Origin: Octopus vulgaris
Lineage: Eukaryota
Direction: 5' to 3'
Length of the DNA: 64,000 nt
Assembly (NCBI GenBank): GCA_951406725.2
Contig: OX597837.1
Coordinates: forward strand, 20,646,001-20,710,000
Shown: positions 27,035 through 40,494 of the stretch, piece after piece
Layout: each line of letters begins with the position of its first letter
Numbering within the stretch: position 1 is the stretch's first letter
Program-made: the position numbers and the translations under genes
Notes under the pieces: model-generated
Seen by the model: only the letters and a program-made list of their open reading frames with translations
What the model was told of the DNA's origin: nothing
Databases searched by the model: none

Positions 27035-27450
27035 ACTCTCTCTTTACTCTCTTACTCTTTTACTTGTTTCAGTCATTTGACTATGGCCATGCTGGAGCAC
27101 CGCCTTTAGTCGAGCAAATCGACCCCAGGACTTATTCTTTGTAAGCCTAGTACTTATTCTATCGGTCTTTTTTGCCGAATCGCTAAGTTACGGGGACGTA
27201 AACACACCAGCATCGGTTGTCAAGCGATGTTGGGGGACAAACACAGACACACAAACATATACACACTCACATATATACATATATAATAAGGGCTTCTTTC
27301 AGTTTCCGTCTACCAAATCCACTCACAAGGCTTTGGTCGGCCCGAAGCTATAGTAGAAGACACTTGCCCAAGGTGCCACGCAGTGGGACTGAACCCGGAA
27401 CCATGTGGTTGGTAAGCAAGCTACTTACCACACAGCCGCTCCTACACCTA
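27035..27450 (-). mobile_element. SINE-A
   Basis: Family match. Confidence 0.9.
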
Positions 27451-28119
27451 CTAAGTACAAAAAAAAAAAGAATAAATTATTGATTGAGAAAAAAAAAAAG
27501 ATTTTCACAATCCCATGTCCTACTAAAATACAAAGAAAACCTATTTTGGATCCCATACCCCACCACAATTTTCCCAGACCTCTCCAGTTGGGCGTATACC
27601 CAACGTTGGGAATCACTAGTTTAGATGCAGAACAAGAATTTGAAAACAATACATATGCATCACATCACTGCGTGACCAGAAACATCTTTGTACCAGTCAG
27701 ACAATCGGCAGACTAGGCTGGTTATGATCTCCCCTACACCGAACAGCCGCGATCAGGCTGATCCCTACAACTTCTACACCTGTTTTGGTCCATTTCGGTC
27801 CAATGAAATACAGTCTTCGTAGACACTGGTTTGATGACAGATTTGAGGTGCAGAACACCTGTTTTTTTTTTCAGAGAAGATTCCAAAGTTTTGTTCAGCG
27901 ATGTTAATTTCTCTGTGTGTGTTAGAAACAGATGTAATGAACTGACATTTATCCATCGTCTGTTATAGATAGATAGATAGATCGATAGATAGATAAATAC
28001 ATACATACATACATACATACATACATACATACATACATACATACATACATACATGCATGCATACATACATACATACATACATACATACATACATACATAC
28101 ATACGTATGTACATATACA

Positions 28120-28290
28120 TCTATAAGACTATCCTGGCAAGAAGTTTGTAGGGGAAGAGAGCAAAAGTCCGTCAAAGACGTTTGTGGAACGAAAACATCA
28201 AAGAATGGATTAGAAACAAGAGTTTAGTTGCAACACGATAAAATGGAAACTGGTGAGTCTTCGCAAGTCGACCACAAGATACTGGAAGGA
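28120..28290 (+). pseudogene. RTE-like LINE 3' fragment
   Basis: KTIL...GKRAKVRQRRLWNENIKEW. Confidence 0.55.
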
Positions 28291-28435
28291 CACCTGGCTG
28301 ATGGCTAATTAGCCAGCAGAAATCTGCCTTATTGAAAATAAGAGAGACGAATTAGAAGGTGTTTGCATTGCATCTAATTTTATATGTTCTGGGTAGGAGA
28401 GCGGTGTTGTGTTGGGTACCACTTTAGCCTGCAGT

Positions 28436-28775
28436 CTAAATCTAACCCTAACCTTAATCTTCAACCTTAACTCTTACCCTAAATTCTAACCCTAACTCTC
28501 ACCCCAAGCCCTAAACCCTAACCTTAATTCTCAACTCTAAACCCTAACACTGACGCTAAATTCTAACCTTAATTCTCAACTATAAACCCTAACACTGACC
28601 CTAAACCCTAACCCTATCCCTAAACCCTCAGTCCTGACCCCAAACCTTAACCATAACTCTAATCCTAAACCCTAGCCCTCAACTCTAACCTTAAACCTTA
28701 ACCACTAACCCCTAACCCTAAACCATAAAATTAACTCTTAACCTTAATCTTAAACTCTAAATCCAATCTTAATTC
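28436..28775. repeat. Degenerate interstitial (CCCTAA)n-like tract
   Basis: Hexamer variants ccctaa/ccttaa/ctctaa. Confidence 0.85.
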
Positions 28776-29147
28776 AGATCAGGTCATGTCACAACTTACT
28801 CTACGGATATTGCGATAGACTGCACGCTTAAGTAGCACTTTGTGTAGTTTTATGAGCTACATTAATATTTCTTTCTTCTGTGAAAAATTTTATAGCAACC
28901 GGAGATGATAGTGTAAAATATATGTTGCATGATTTGTATAACAGTACTGGGTGGTGGTTATATATTTTATGTATTGTGTGGTTTGGGTTATGATATCAGA
29001 TGACTGTGCAAAACTGTGATTTCTAAAATATTCCAGTGTTATTCACCCTTGAATCTTTATCACAAAGATTTGTTCTCCCGCGACTTAATTCCTCTACCGT
29101 GGTTTCATAATATATTCTCTATAGTGTATATTTTCTTTTAATATCAT

Positions 29148-29490
29148 GGGCGCAGGCGTGTCTGAGTAGTAAGAAGCTAGCTTCCCATCCATATGGTTTC
29201 GGGTTCAGTCCCACTGCATGACACCTTAGGCAAGTGTCTTTTACTATAGCCCCGGGCTGACCAAATCCTTGTGAGTGGATTAGGTAGTCGGAAACTGTGT
29301 GTATGTCTGTGTATGGTTGTGTTCATCACCCACAACTGCTTGACAATCAGCGTTAGTTTGTTTACCTCGCCGTAACTTAGCAGTTCGGCAAACAGAAACC
29401 GATGGAATAAGTACCAGACTATAAAAATAAGTACTTGGATGCAGTGCCCTAGCATGACCGCAGTCCAATGCCTGAAACAAGTGAAAGATA
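29148..29490 (+). mobile_element. SINE-A, diverged
   Basis: Family match. Confidence 0.85.
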
Positions 29491-29550
29491 ACGGGCTCAG
29501 AACATCTTAGGATTAGATTCTTAGAAACAATAGTTTTCCAATCGGAAAAC

Positions 29551-29957
29551 TAGGCGTATAGGCGTAGGAGTGGTTGTGTGGTAAGTAGCTTGCTTACCAA
29601 CCACATGGTTCCGGGTTCAGTTCCACGGCATGGTACTTTGGGCAAGTGTCTTCTACTATAGCCTCGGGCCGACTAAAGCCTTTTGAATGGATTTGGTAAA
29701 CGGAAACTGAAAGAAGCCCGTCGTATATATATATATATATGTGTATGTATGTGTTTGTGTGTCTGTGTTTGTACCCCCAATATCGCTTGACAATCGATGC
29801 TGGTGTGTTTACGTCCCCGTAACTTAGCGGTTAGGCAAAAGAGAGCGATAGAATAAGTACTAGGCTTACAAAGAATAAGTCCTGGGATCGATTTGCTCGA
29901 CTAAAGGTGGTGCTCCAGCATGGCCGCAGTCAAATGACTGAAGCAAATAAAAGAGTA
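29551..29957 (+). mobile_element. SINE-A
   Basis: Family match. Confidence 0.9.
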
Positions 29958-30154
29958 ATCGTGAACGTTTACCACAAATAAACAACTGATCTTTGTACTT
30001 CCACTCAAACATACGTGTTTATCATTCTCGAAAATTACTAAACAGGTTCCTCTATTCATCTAGGTTCAATTTCTTACACCCCATCCCATTAATGAAAAGC
30101 AACCGAAATTACCAAATCAACATAGAAATAGGAATTCCGTGTTATGGTTTACAG

Positions 30155-30702
30155 CGGGAGTTCTCAACAATTTTTTTTTTATCTATGGACCCCTCTGATT
30201 ACTATTTTATTTTGGTGGATTCCCGTAGCCATTAAATATTTAAAAACTAGCTTCATAGAAACTTCTTTCAAAATTTCTATTTTATGTAGGTTGAGATACA
30301 TAAAATGTTAGAGAAAGAAACCGAGCTGTTTGTCGCAATAAATACCAATACATAGATCTTAAACAGGAGTTCTCAACCATTTCTTATCTATGGACCCCAT
30401 GGTTACTATCTTATTCTGGAGAACCCCATAGCCATTCGATGTCTTAAAACTAGTTTTATAGAAACTTCTTTCAAAATTCCTATTTGTTTTTCACCCATTA
30501 ACTTGTGTAGGTTGAAATACATAAAATGCTAGAGAAAGAAACCTAAGTGTTTCTTGCATGCATCTGAAACAAAATTTTTTTCAGGGTCCCTTAAAACACC
30601 ATTGTGGATTCCCAATTTACTATTTTGTTACGTGGACCTCCCCACCACTCCCATCTTATATGAACCCTCAACGGTCTTATCGACCCTCGTTGAGAACCAC
30701 TG
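30155..30702. mobile_element. hAT-type MITE with internal duplication of about 210 bp
   Basis: TIR cgggagttctcaac / gttgagaaccactg; 8-bp TSD gtttacag / gtgtacag; related fragment reversed at about 54710-54923. Confidence 0.8.
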
Positions 30703-30849
30703 GTGTACAGTTCTACTGAAGTCGAAAATCCTTAAGCAAATTGGCTTATTATTGTCATCATTCCATGTGATCGAAAGAATCTTAAACGCAAGTGGTTTGT
30801 ATTGAAGGAGTGCAAGGATTTCATCAAAACAGTCTCCAATATCAGAATA

Positions 30850-31220
30850 CATCTCAAACAATAACTCTGAGCACCTTTTCAAACTCCACCCGTCTAATAC
30901 CCGTGGGCATATTTACAAAGTCAGAAAACAGCACAGCTCCCATGACTTTCGGAAACATTTTTTCATGCTGAGAGTTGCTGAAGCATGGAACAAACTGCCG
31001 GCATCAGTTGTTAGTTGTCGGAGCACTGCATCCTTCGAAACTTCCATGCTTCCTGAGATTCGCCAACACTACACCTGATTTTCTCCCCTCCATACACACA
31101 CAAGCATGTATCTGACTCATACATTGTTCGCTTTCCAGGCTTTATACGCACTTTCTGACAAGTTGTGGTGCACCTGAGCACTGTATAGAATAATTTTATT
31201 ATTATTATTATTATTATTAT
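30850..31220 (+). mobile_element. CR1-clade LINE 3' end with (ATT)n tail
   Basis: NTRGHIYKVRKQHSSHDFRKHFFMLRVAEAWNKLPASVV. Confidence 0.88.
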
Positions 31221-31324
31221 AAGATGAAGTTCTTCAAAGTCTGATTGACTGATATGTCTGGTGATAAAAAGATTAACGGTGCCAATTTCATTCTTCAAGA
31301 TTTCTTCCTTTGGGTTTCTTTTAA

Positions 31325-31515
31325 TCGATTCATTCATGGATTGTGGCCATGCTGGAGAACAGCCTTGAAGGGTTCTAGTCGAACAAATCGAATCCAGAGC
31401 TGATTTTTTTAAAGCCTGGTACTTATTCTATCGGAGTCTTTTGCCGAACAGCAGAATTACAGGGATGTAAACAAACCAACACCGGTTGTTAAGCGATGGT
31501 ACAAAGACGCACAAA
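31325..31515 (-). mobile_element. SINE-A 3' half, diverged
   Basis: ggccatgctggag...tacttattctatcgg. Confidence 0.75.
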
Positions 31516-31726
31516 TATAGATATATTAGGGCGTAGGGCGTAGGAGCAGCTGAGTGGTAACTAGGCCGTAGGAGTGGCTGTGTGGTAAGTAGCTTGCTTA
31601 CCAATCACATGGTTCCGGGTTCAGTCCCGCTGCGTGGCACCTTGGGCAAGTGTCTTCTACTATAGCCTCGGGCCGACCAAAGCCTTGTGAGTGGATTTTG
31701 TCGACGGAAACTGAAGGAAGCCCGTC

Positions 31727-31762
<36 letters not shown>

Positions 31763-32118
31763 AGATAGGGGTTGTAAATTCAACCCTCCATGGGATAACA
31801 TATATCCAATATACTGCTAGAGAAGTACCCAACAAAGCTAATACATAAATGTTCAGAATTGCGATGCAATATATTCATTTACTGTATTAGGTGGGCAAAG
31901 GTAAAATTATTTTTACCATAAATTAATAATACAAAATGAGAAAATGGAGAAATATATCTAAATCATTCATCAACTCTCAGATAATGCTGAATCATATACT
32001 TTATTAAAACACTACACAAGAGCATTAAGATTAGACATTAATACAGTACAATAATTACAATCAATATAATGAGATATACCTAAATAAAATAAGATATAAA
32101 AATACATATACATTATAA

Positions 32119-32229
32119 CTGACAGCTGTTTCGGCCATGCAGATAGGTATGTCTCATTTAACCTATATTAGCCATATATTGCAGGTATAAATGAGACATT
32201 AACAAAAATATCTTACGGCCTCTTCAGAG
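32119..32229 (-). ncRNA. Type I hammerhead ribozyme, long stem II (left arm)
   Basis: Reverse complement of 32787-32897. Confidence 0.82.
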
Positions 32230-32786
32230 ATTCTAATGTAAGTATGAGTACAAACCCAAAAATCATTTACATATAAATATAAATATGAGTGCATATATAC
32301 TCATATCCTTATATATATACACATATACACATACATAATAATATAAATAATATAAATCAATATATATCAATAAACATAATAATGTTCTATATTGAATGTT
32401 ACAGTTCCTCAACCAATATTAAGAAATTACAACAGATATATTCATACTTAATGCAGACATATATAGTAAACAGTTCATTATATTAATTTGTGTTACTTTA
32501 CAAAAAGTCAATAATGCTAATATCAATACCGTTATCAATAACAATAATGTTATCAATATCAATATTCTTACTACTAACAACATCATTACTAATAAAACAG
32601 ATATATATATATTGTTTTATTCAATATAGAACATTATTATGTTTATTGATATATATTGATTTATATTATTTATATTATTATGTATGTGTATATGTGTATA
32701 TATATAAGGATATGAGTATATATGCACAAATATTTATATTTATATGTAAATGATTTTTGGGTTTGTACTCATACTTACATTAGAAT

Positions 32787-32897
32787 CTCTGAAGAGGCCG
32801 TAAGATATTTTTGTTAATGTCTCATTTATACCTGCAATATATGGCTAATATAGGTTAAATGAGACATACCTATCTGCATGGCCGAAACAGCTGTCAG
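32787..32897 (+). ncRNA. Type I hammerhead ribozyme, long stem II (right arm)
   Basis: ct-CTGAAGA-ggccgt...atgtctcattta/taaatgagacat...atggcc-GAAA-cagctg-TC-ag. Confidence 0.85.
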
Positions 32898-33085
32898 TTA
32901 TAATGTATATGTATTTTTATATCTTGTTATTTTATTTAGTTATATCTCATTATATTGATTGTAATTATTGTACTGTATTAATGTCTAATCTTAATGCTCT
33001 TGTGTAGTGTTTTAATAAAGTATATGATTCGGTATTATCTGATAGTTGATGAATGATTTAGATATATTTCTCCATTTTCTCATTT

Positions 33086-33194
<109 letters not shown>

Positions 33195-33519
33195 TTGTGT
33201 GTCTGTGCTTGTCCCCCAACATCGCTTGACAACCGATGCTGGTGTGTTTACGTCCCCGTAACTTAGCGGTTCGGCAAAAGAGACCGATGGAATAAGTACT
33301 AGGCTTACAAAGAATAATTCCTGGGGTTGGTTTGCTCGACTAAAGGCAGTGATCCAGCATGGCCACAGTCAAATGACTGAAACAGGTAAATAAGTAAAAG
33401 AGTATATACATACATAATACATACATACATACATACATACAGACAGACAGACAGACAGACATCAGACAGACAGACAGAAACACACAGACAGACAGTCAGG
33501 TAGATACTTAGAGAGGTAG

Positions 33520-33685
33520 ACACGACGGGATTTTTCCAGTTTCCACTTACCAATTCCACTCACAAGGCTTTGGACGGCCCTTGACAGTAGCAGAAGACAC
33601 CTTCCACTTACCCAAGGTGCCTCGCATTGGAACTGAACCCAAGACTACATTGTTGAGAGGAAGCTTCTTAACCCCACAGCCACAC
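33520..33685 (-). mobile_element. SINE-A 5' half, diverged
   Basis: ccactcacaaggctttgg...cccaaggtgcc...cacagccac. Confidence 0.75.
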
Positions 33686-34274
33686 TTTTGCGGATGTTTC
33701 TTAACAAAATGTTTCGATATTTACCGCCAGAAACTGAAAATGGTCAAAAATTACACACTTCAATGTCTTCTCCGCGCCCGGTTGCTTTTCTTCTCCGTCG
33801 CACACTTTGAGGAAGTTTCCTAAATGTAAGAAACTGGAGAAATTGCCATTACAATGCCACCTGGTGATCTTACATGCATTCTATTCCCTTATGGCCATCG
33901 AAGATTCCACTTTTACTATGAAATAAGCAAAGCAGAAAGTATATGTAAGTAAAAAGTGTCCCAAGAAAAGTTTGTACGCCGGCTGTGATAATGAACAATC
34001 TGAACAGATGTAAGACGCCAATTCTTTTTGAACTTTATGTAAACTGTAGTAAACAAATCTTTTAAGAATAGCTTAGGTTCGCTGCAATACACTTTTACAT
34101 TATTAGCCGAACTACACAACACATTTCCTTACGCTATCGCATTACAATTGTCACCGGGTTTCATTGTTCAAAGATAGAAGTCAGGTAATACAAGTACTTC
34201 AATTTTTAAGCAATGAAATCAGGTCAGCTTGTTAATTCAAAGTAAAATAGAAGTCACACAATACAGGTACTGTG

Positions 34275-34392
34275 AAAGCGTGCGCCTTAGTGGTTAGGCT
34301 GTTGCATTCACGACCGCTAGATCGTGGGTTCGATTTCCCCGCCGAGCGGTGCGTTGTATTCTTGTGCAAAACATTTTATTTCATGTTGTTCT
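34275..34392 (+). mobile_element. tRNA-SINE head (type C-related)
   Basis: cttagtggttagg, gtgggttcgattt, ttcttgtgcaaaacatt; relatives at 35300-35570 (+) and 48950-49060 (-). Confidence 0.7.
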
Positions 34393-34490
34393 GTAGGTGG
34401 GAGAGTGACAGAATCCTTGGTGCGCCAGAGTAAATGTTTTTACAGTGTGTCTTCCAGCTCTCTCCGGCGGAATTTGAGCATAGAACATAA

Positions 34491-34880
34491 AGCCGGCGAG
34501 CTGGTGGAAACGTTAGCACGCCGAGCGAAATGCTTAGCAGTATTTCGTCTGCCGTTACGTTCTGAGTTCAAATTCCGCCGAGGTCGACTTTGCCTTTCAT
34601 CCTTTCGGGGTCGATAAATGAAGTACCAGTTACGCACTGGAGTCGGTTTGCCTGTCCTTGTTTGTCCTCTCTGTGTTTAGCCCCTTGTTTGTAGTAAAGA
34701 AATAGGTATTTCGTCTGCCGCTACGTTCTGAGTTCAAAATCCGCCGAGGTCGACTTTGCCTTTCATCCTTTCGGGGTCGATAAATTAAGTACCAGTTACG
34801 CACTGTAGTCGACTAATTTCCTTTGTCTGTCCTTGTTTGTCCCCTCTATGTTTAGCTCCTTGTGGGCAATAAAGAAATAA
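34491..34880 (+). mobile_element. SINE-B with duplicated body
   Basis: ggcgagctggtggaaacgttagcacgcc head; body unit present twice. Confidence 0.9.
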
Positions 34881-35162
34881 GAACGTAAAACCGGACGAAA
34901 TACCGCCAAGTATTTTGTCCGGCGTGCATGTGATTCTGCTAGCTTGCTGCCCGAGTCCAATAATAATAATGTGTCTATGAACAAAACGCGCAATAAACGT
35001 CGGACATTGTTTGTCGGCATCAGTTCGCTCTGGTCAAGATCAAGTTAACCGATGGTGGATGAACGGGAATCATCTACTTTAAGATGGAATTATCCTCAGA
35101 TAAGCCTTACAAAGTTAGTCATGTTTCGATTCTACTCGTGCGAAATTCACCGAATAGAAAAC

Positions 35163-35246
<84 letters not shown>

Positions 35247-35906
35247 ATCTATCTGTCTGTCTGTTGTAAGAATGTATGTATTTATGTGTTGGTGTGTGTA
35301 GAGCCCCGTGGCTTAGTAGTTATGGTGTTGCATTTATGATCGTAAGATTGTAGTTTCAATTCCTGGACGGAGCCATGCGCTGTGTTGTTAAGCAAAACAC
35401 TTCATTTCACGTTTCTCCAATCCGCTCGGCTCGCAAAATGAGTAATCCACTTAACTCGCAAAAATCCGTCACATGATTACTCAAAAATGAGTAATTATGC
35501 GTCGGATGGTCTCATCCACACGGTTATATGTACGCCACAGAATTCGAGAAACCGGCCCACATACACTATACAGGAGAACTCAAGATAAGTATGGCATAGC
35601 TATCACAAACTTGTGCTCATAAGGAAGGGAAATAACTCCTTCGTCTAAGGTTGCTGCCTCTTGCGTTGAAAGCTAGCTCTAAGAACTATCCTTGTTGAGC
35701 AGTTATGGAGGTAGAAAAACCTTTGTGGTAGATAAATACAACCAGGTTTGATTAGTATATTTACATGGAATACCCAAAACAGGGTACGGAAAAATAATTA
35801 AAAAGAGTTAATAATATCGTTATCTAACTACATTTCTGTGCAATAAAAGCGCACGATGCTGCAGGTATGTACTAAAAACATACTTTCCAATGGATTTGTC
35901 AGATTA

Positions 35907-35976
<70 letters not shown>

Positions 35977-36277
35977 ATAACGACGTAAGAAATTTGAAAA
36001 GCTCAACGCGAAACCGGTCTTTCTTCTAAACTATGTAATTGTAAGAAAAAAATTTATAATATTCTTCAGACATATTGACTTAAATATATATTTTTTTAAC
36101 CTTTTAAAACAAGACTTCTGTAGTTTTTTCACTTTTGACTATTTTCTATATATTCAACCACGTGCTTTCACAAACCAACTTTCTTATCTATATATATATA
36201 TCGCCTGGGGCTAAATGCATCAGTAACACCCCCACCACCCCGCCCTGTCCCTAGCCACATTCAGATGGCTGGTCCCG

Positions 36278-36349
<72 letters not shown>

Positions 36350-36960
36350 GCTTTGGGTTTCACCGTTTCAGAAAAGAAATATTTCAAGTTTGTGCGACTG
36401 CTACCGTTGAGTTTAGAGATCTACGTAGATCACCATCATCCAATATGCTTCCAGTATAGTGGCTTGGCTACTACTATAATAGTAATGCTACAATACTTAG
36501 TAGTATTTGTAGTTGTGATGTACGGAGAAAATGCAGGAGAAATTACGATGAACAGAAGTTTATACTTGTTCCTACGTACGTTTCCCCATTGTGGTTGTTG
36601 GGAACTCTGCATTGGATGTTCCAAGTGCAATTGGATGCGTAATGATAATGGATCAAACAAGGGAAAAATATGAAAGAATGAATAAATGAATGAATGAATG
36701 AGTGAATGATGTTGAATGAATGATGAAAAGATAAACAATGACATCAGTTAATAAAAACGAACATTATCGTTTCCGTCGGCTTCATTATCAAATTTTTGAT
36801 TTAATGAAAGATTTTTATCCTGAATTTCTCTCACATCACATGCATCTCATTAGGTATTATCACAGTATGGTCGTCGACCACATACGAAATGAATGCAGCC
36901 AGCCGATCGCATATGTAGACAAATACAACAAACGGATGCAAAGACACACTCGTGTGTGTT

Positions 36961-36999
<39 letters not shown>

Positions 37000-37269
37000 A
37001 AGTATGTATGTATATTCTGCGAAAGTATATGTACATATTTCTGCACACGCATACACACATACACACGCACACACACACATATACATATTTAATATATATA
37101 TATACATGATATACATATATGTGTGTGTATGTATGTATGTATATATATGTGTGTATATATACACGTATGTATGTATATAAATACATATATTTATTTATCT
37201 ATATATTATATATATATATACACACACACATATATACATATTATACATATCTATACATACATGCATGCA

Positions 37270-37321
<52 letters not shown>

Positions 37322-37330
37322 CATACATAC

Positions 37331-37442
<112 letters not shown>

Positions 37443-37458
37443 TACATATATATATACA

Positions 37459-37502
37459 TATCGTGGGATGTCAGTGACATATGCATGCATACATACACAC
37501 AC

Positions 37503-37558
<56 letters not shown>

Positions 37559-37598
37559 CCGTGTGTATGTATGCATATGTCACTGACATCCCACGATA
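37459..37598. repeat. Fold-back inverted repeat centred on (TA)n
   Basis: 28-bp perfect arms tatcgtgggatgtcagtgacatatgcat. Confidence 0.9.
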
Positions 37599-37907
37599 CT
37601 AAGTTATATGTATGAGTAGCTTACAGGTGTGTATGAGTGTGTTTGCACGTTTTGCATGGATATATACATTTGCCTAAATTCATCCACACACACGCATATA
37701 CCTACATATGTATACTGTCTCCGTCGTCCATATGTTCGGAAATAGGATTATCTCTTCCTATTAGCTTTTGTGGTGATGACTTCAGAACGCCGTTGGTACT
37801 TTCCCAGTATTTCTGTCTAAATTCTTCAATTGACTTAATTTCTCATTTACATCCATTATCTTATTTCTAGCATTGAGTTCACTTTTTAAATATGAATCAC
37901 ATTCTAA

Positions 37908-38315
37908 AGGCGGCGAGCTGGCAGAATCGTTAGCACGCCGGGCGAAATGCTTAGCAGTATTTCGTCTGCCGCTACGTTCTGAGTTCAAATTCCGCCGAGG
38001 TCGACTTTGCCTTTCATCCTTTCGGTGTCGATTAAATAAGTACCAGTTACGCACTGGGGTCGATGTAATCGACTTAATCCCTTTGTCTGTCCTTGTTTGT
38101 CCCCTCTATGTTTAGCCCCTTGTGGGCAATAAAGAAATAAGAATCGTTAGCACGCCGGGCGAAATGCTTAATGACATTTCGTCCGTCTTTACGTTCTGAG
38201 TTCAAATTCCACCGACGTCGACTTTACCTTTCGGGCGTCGATAAAATAAGCTCCAGTTGAGCACTGGGGTTTCCGACCTTCATGGCCTAGTGCCAAAATT
38301 TGAAAACAATATTGA
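37908..38315 (+). mobile_element. SINE-B, tandem units
   Basis: ggcggcgagctggcagaatcgttagc; second unit from about 38140. Confidence 0.9.
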
Positions 38316-38319
38316 TTAT

Positions 38320-38490
38320 ATAGGCGTAGGAGTGGCTGTGTGGTAAGAAGCTTGCTAACCAACCACATGGTTCCGGGTTCAGTCCCACTGCGTGGCATCT
38401 TGGGCAAGTGTCTTCTGCTATGGCCTCGGGCCGACCAAAGCCTTGTGACTGGATTTGGTAGACGGAAACTGAAAGAAGCCTGTCGTATAT
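38320..38490 (+). mobile_element. SINE-A 5' half
   Basis: Family match ending in (TA)n. Confidence 0.88.
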
Positions 38491-39191
38491 ATATATATAT
38501 ATATGGCCTAGCATATAAAAAAAAAACTGATGTTTCAGTAAAATTGTATTATATACATATTAGAGGGAAACCACTATGTGGACACCCTTATGCTAGAAAT
38601 AGATCCGCTATGGTCTTAACACTAAGAAATGCTCTCAAAAAAAAATTAGCAAAACCACCAAAACCTAATCGAGCACGACAAAAGAAAAAGCAATAAAAAG
38701 TGTCAAAACGAGGACATTTGAAATAGTAATCACGAGTGTTATGGGTAGAACTGTTTACAGGTCTGACTTTGTGCGGACGTCCTTGTATGCAGTCTTGCAA
38801 ATTATATTCATCTGGACGGTCGCACCGATGATCTACGGACATTTATGCAAGTAAAATTACGTAATATGTTAATAGTGAAACATGTGTGCGAATAAGCCAT
38901 ATTTTTATTCCTTTTTCTTTTGTCTTGCTCGATTTTGGTTGTGTCGGTTGTTTTGCTAAATTTATATATATATTGTTTTTCGTCAACGGTTAGTCGTATT
39001 AACAAACAGGTCATAACCCATCTCCATTTAGCTTCAAATATTTGATTATTTGTCACATTGAAGCGTTTAGAACCAAAGATAAAATAGTTCTATATTATCT
39101 TCCAGCTGTGTGTGTGTGTGTGTGTGTGTGTCCGGTTGTACACTCAGTATACGTTGTACGTTTTTGACCCTGTCGTTGTTTATTTACAATA

Positions 39192-40176
39192 GGATCTTTT
39201 CACTTTGACCAGCAGATTTTTAAAATAATTTCTTTGTAACTAAACACTTTTAAAATTCGTATACTGGTAGAATGTGTTACATAAAACATCTTTTTCTCTT
39301 GGCTTCCTTGAGAAAATTCTGTAGTTCGTAAGCTATTTCTAGTTAAAATTCTTGCATTTCGGCAATTTCAGCCAATCAATGACGTCTATTGAGGTGAATA
39401 CAATTTCTGCTGTTCTTTGTCAACAATATTTTCTGGCGGTGTCTACTCAGTTTGTCAGTTATTTATGACATATTTCATATCATTTATGTTCGTATGAATA
39501 AAAGACTATCGTTATTAAACTTTTATTAATAAACACATATTCTAAGTTCACAACATATGCAGTTTTAATTTCCCTCTCTGCTGCACAGATACACACATTA
39601 CATATTATATATTCGTTTAAGAAACAGATTGGGTTTATTTACATTTCTGAAGAAAAAAAATACCCTTCCCCCACCCCTAACCCTAACCCTATCCCTAACC
39701 CTAACTCAAACCCTAACCCTAACCCTAACTCTAACTCTAATCCTAACCCAACCCTAACCCTAACCCTAAAACAGATTGAAATGCAATAGATCGATACTAT
39801 GGTCATAATTATGGGTGGACACTAAAGAGGGAACGGTTTTGTTATCCAGCTCTGTTTACGAGTGACCCCTCAGTTTATGGCCACAGGGTATCTTTTTTCT
39901 CATAAATAACAGTGACACATTGATATGACACCACCAGAAAATGTTGTTGACAAACTACGGCAGAAATTGTATTCACCTCACTAGACGCTATTGATTGGTT
40001 GAAATTGTCGAAATGCAAGAAATTAAACAACAAATAGCTTACAAACTACAGAATTTTCTCAAGAAAGCCAAGAGAAAAAGATGTTTTATGTAACATACTA
40101 CCAGTATACGAAGTTTAAAAGTGTTTAGTTACAAAGAAATTATTTTAGAAATCTGCCGTTCAAAGCGAAAAGATCC
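39192..40176. mobile_element. MITE-like element with TIRs of about 250 bp and internal (CCCTAA)n
   Basis: 39192-39443 inverted versus 39927-40176; telomere-like tract 39675-39769. Confidence 0.88.
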
Positions 40177-40494
40177 GTAACTCCTATTAAGGCCTCGGGT
40201 TGATCAGAGCCTTATGAAAAGAACTTATTTCAGATTCTCTCAATAGTTTTTAAACTTTCGAGAGAACGTTAACTAATTCTTTTTCTGGAACTAGATCTCG
40301 AAGCGCATCACAGGCAGCCTTTGACTTTTTCTATCTTAAAGGGATTTTTTCAACCCAATATTTACATGCTGTTATATATAGCTTTATATGCTTCGAGATC
40401 CAGTTTCAAAAAAGAATTACTTACAAATATATTCTTATAGTATTACTTGGCATTTTATTGACATTTTATTGGTTCCTTTATTTATTTTGAGCTA

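Noticed and set aside
27720-27962. Minus-strand reading frame beside (GATA)n
   Set aside because: Possibly LINE-derived but no diagnostic motif recognised
36353-36960. Unique-looking ORFs of 102-123 aa
   Set aside because: No recognisable domain or convincing splice structure; cannot be supported as an exon
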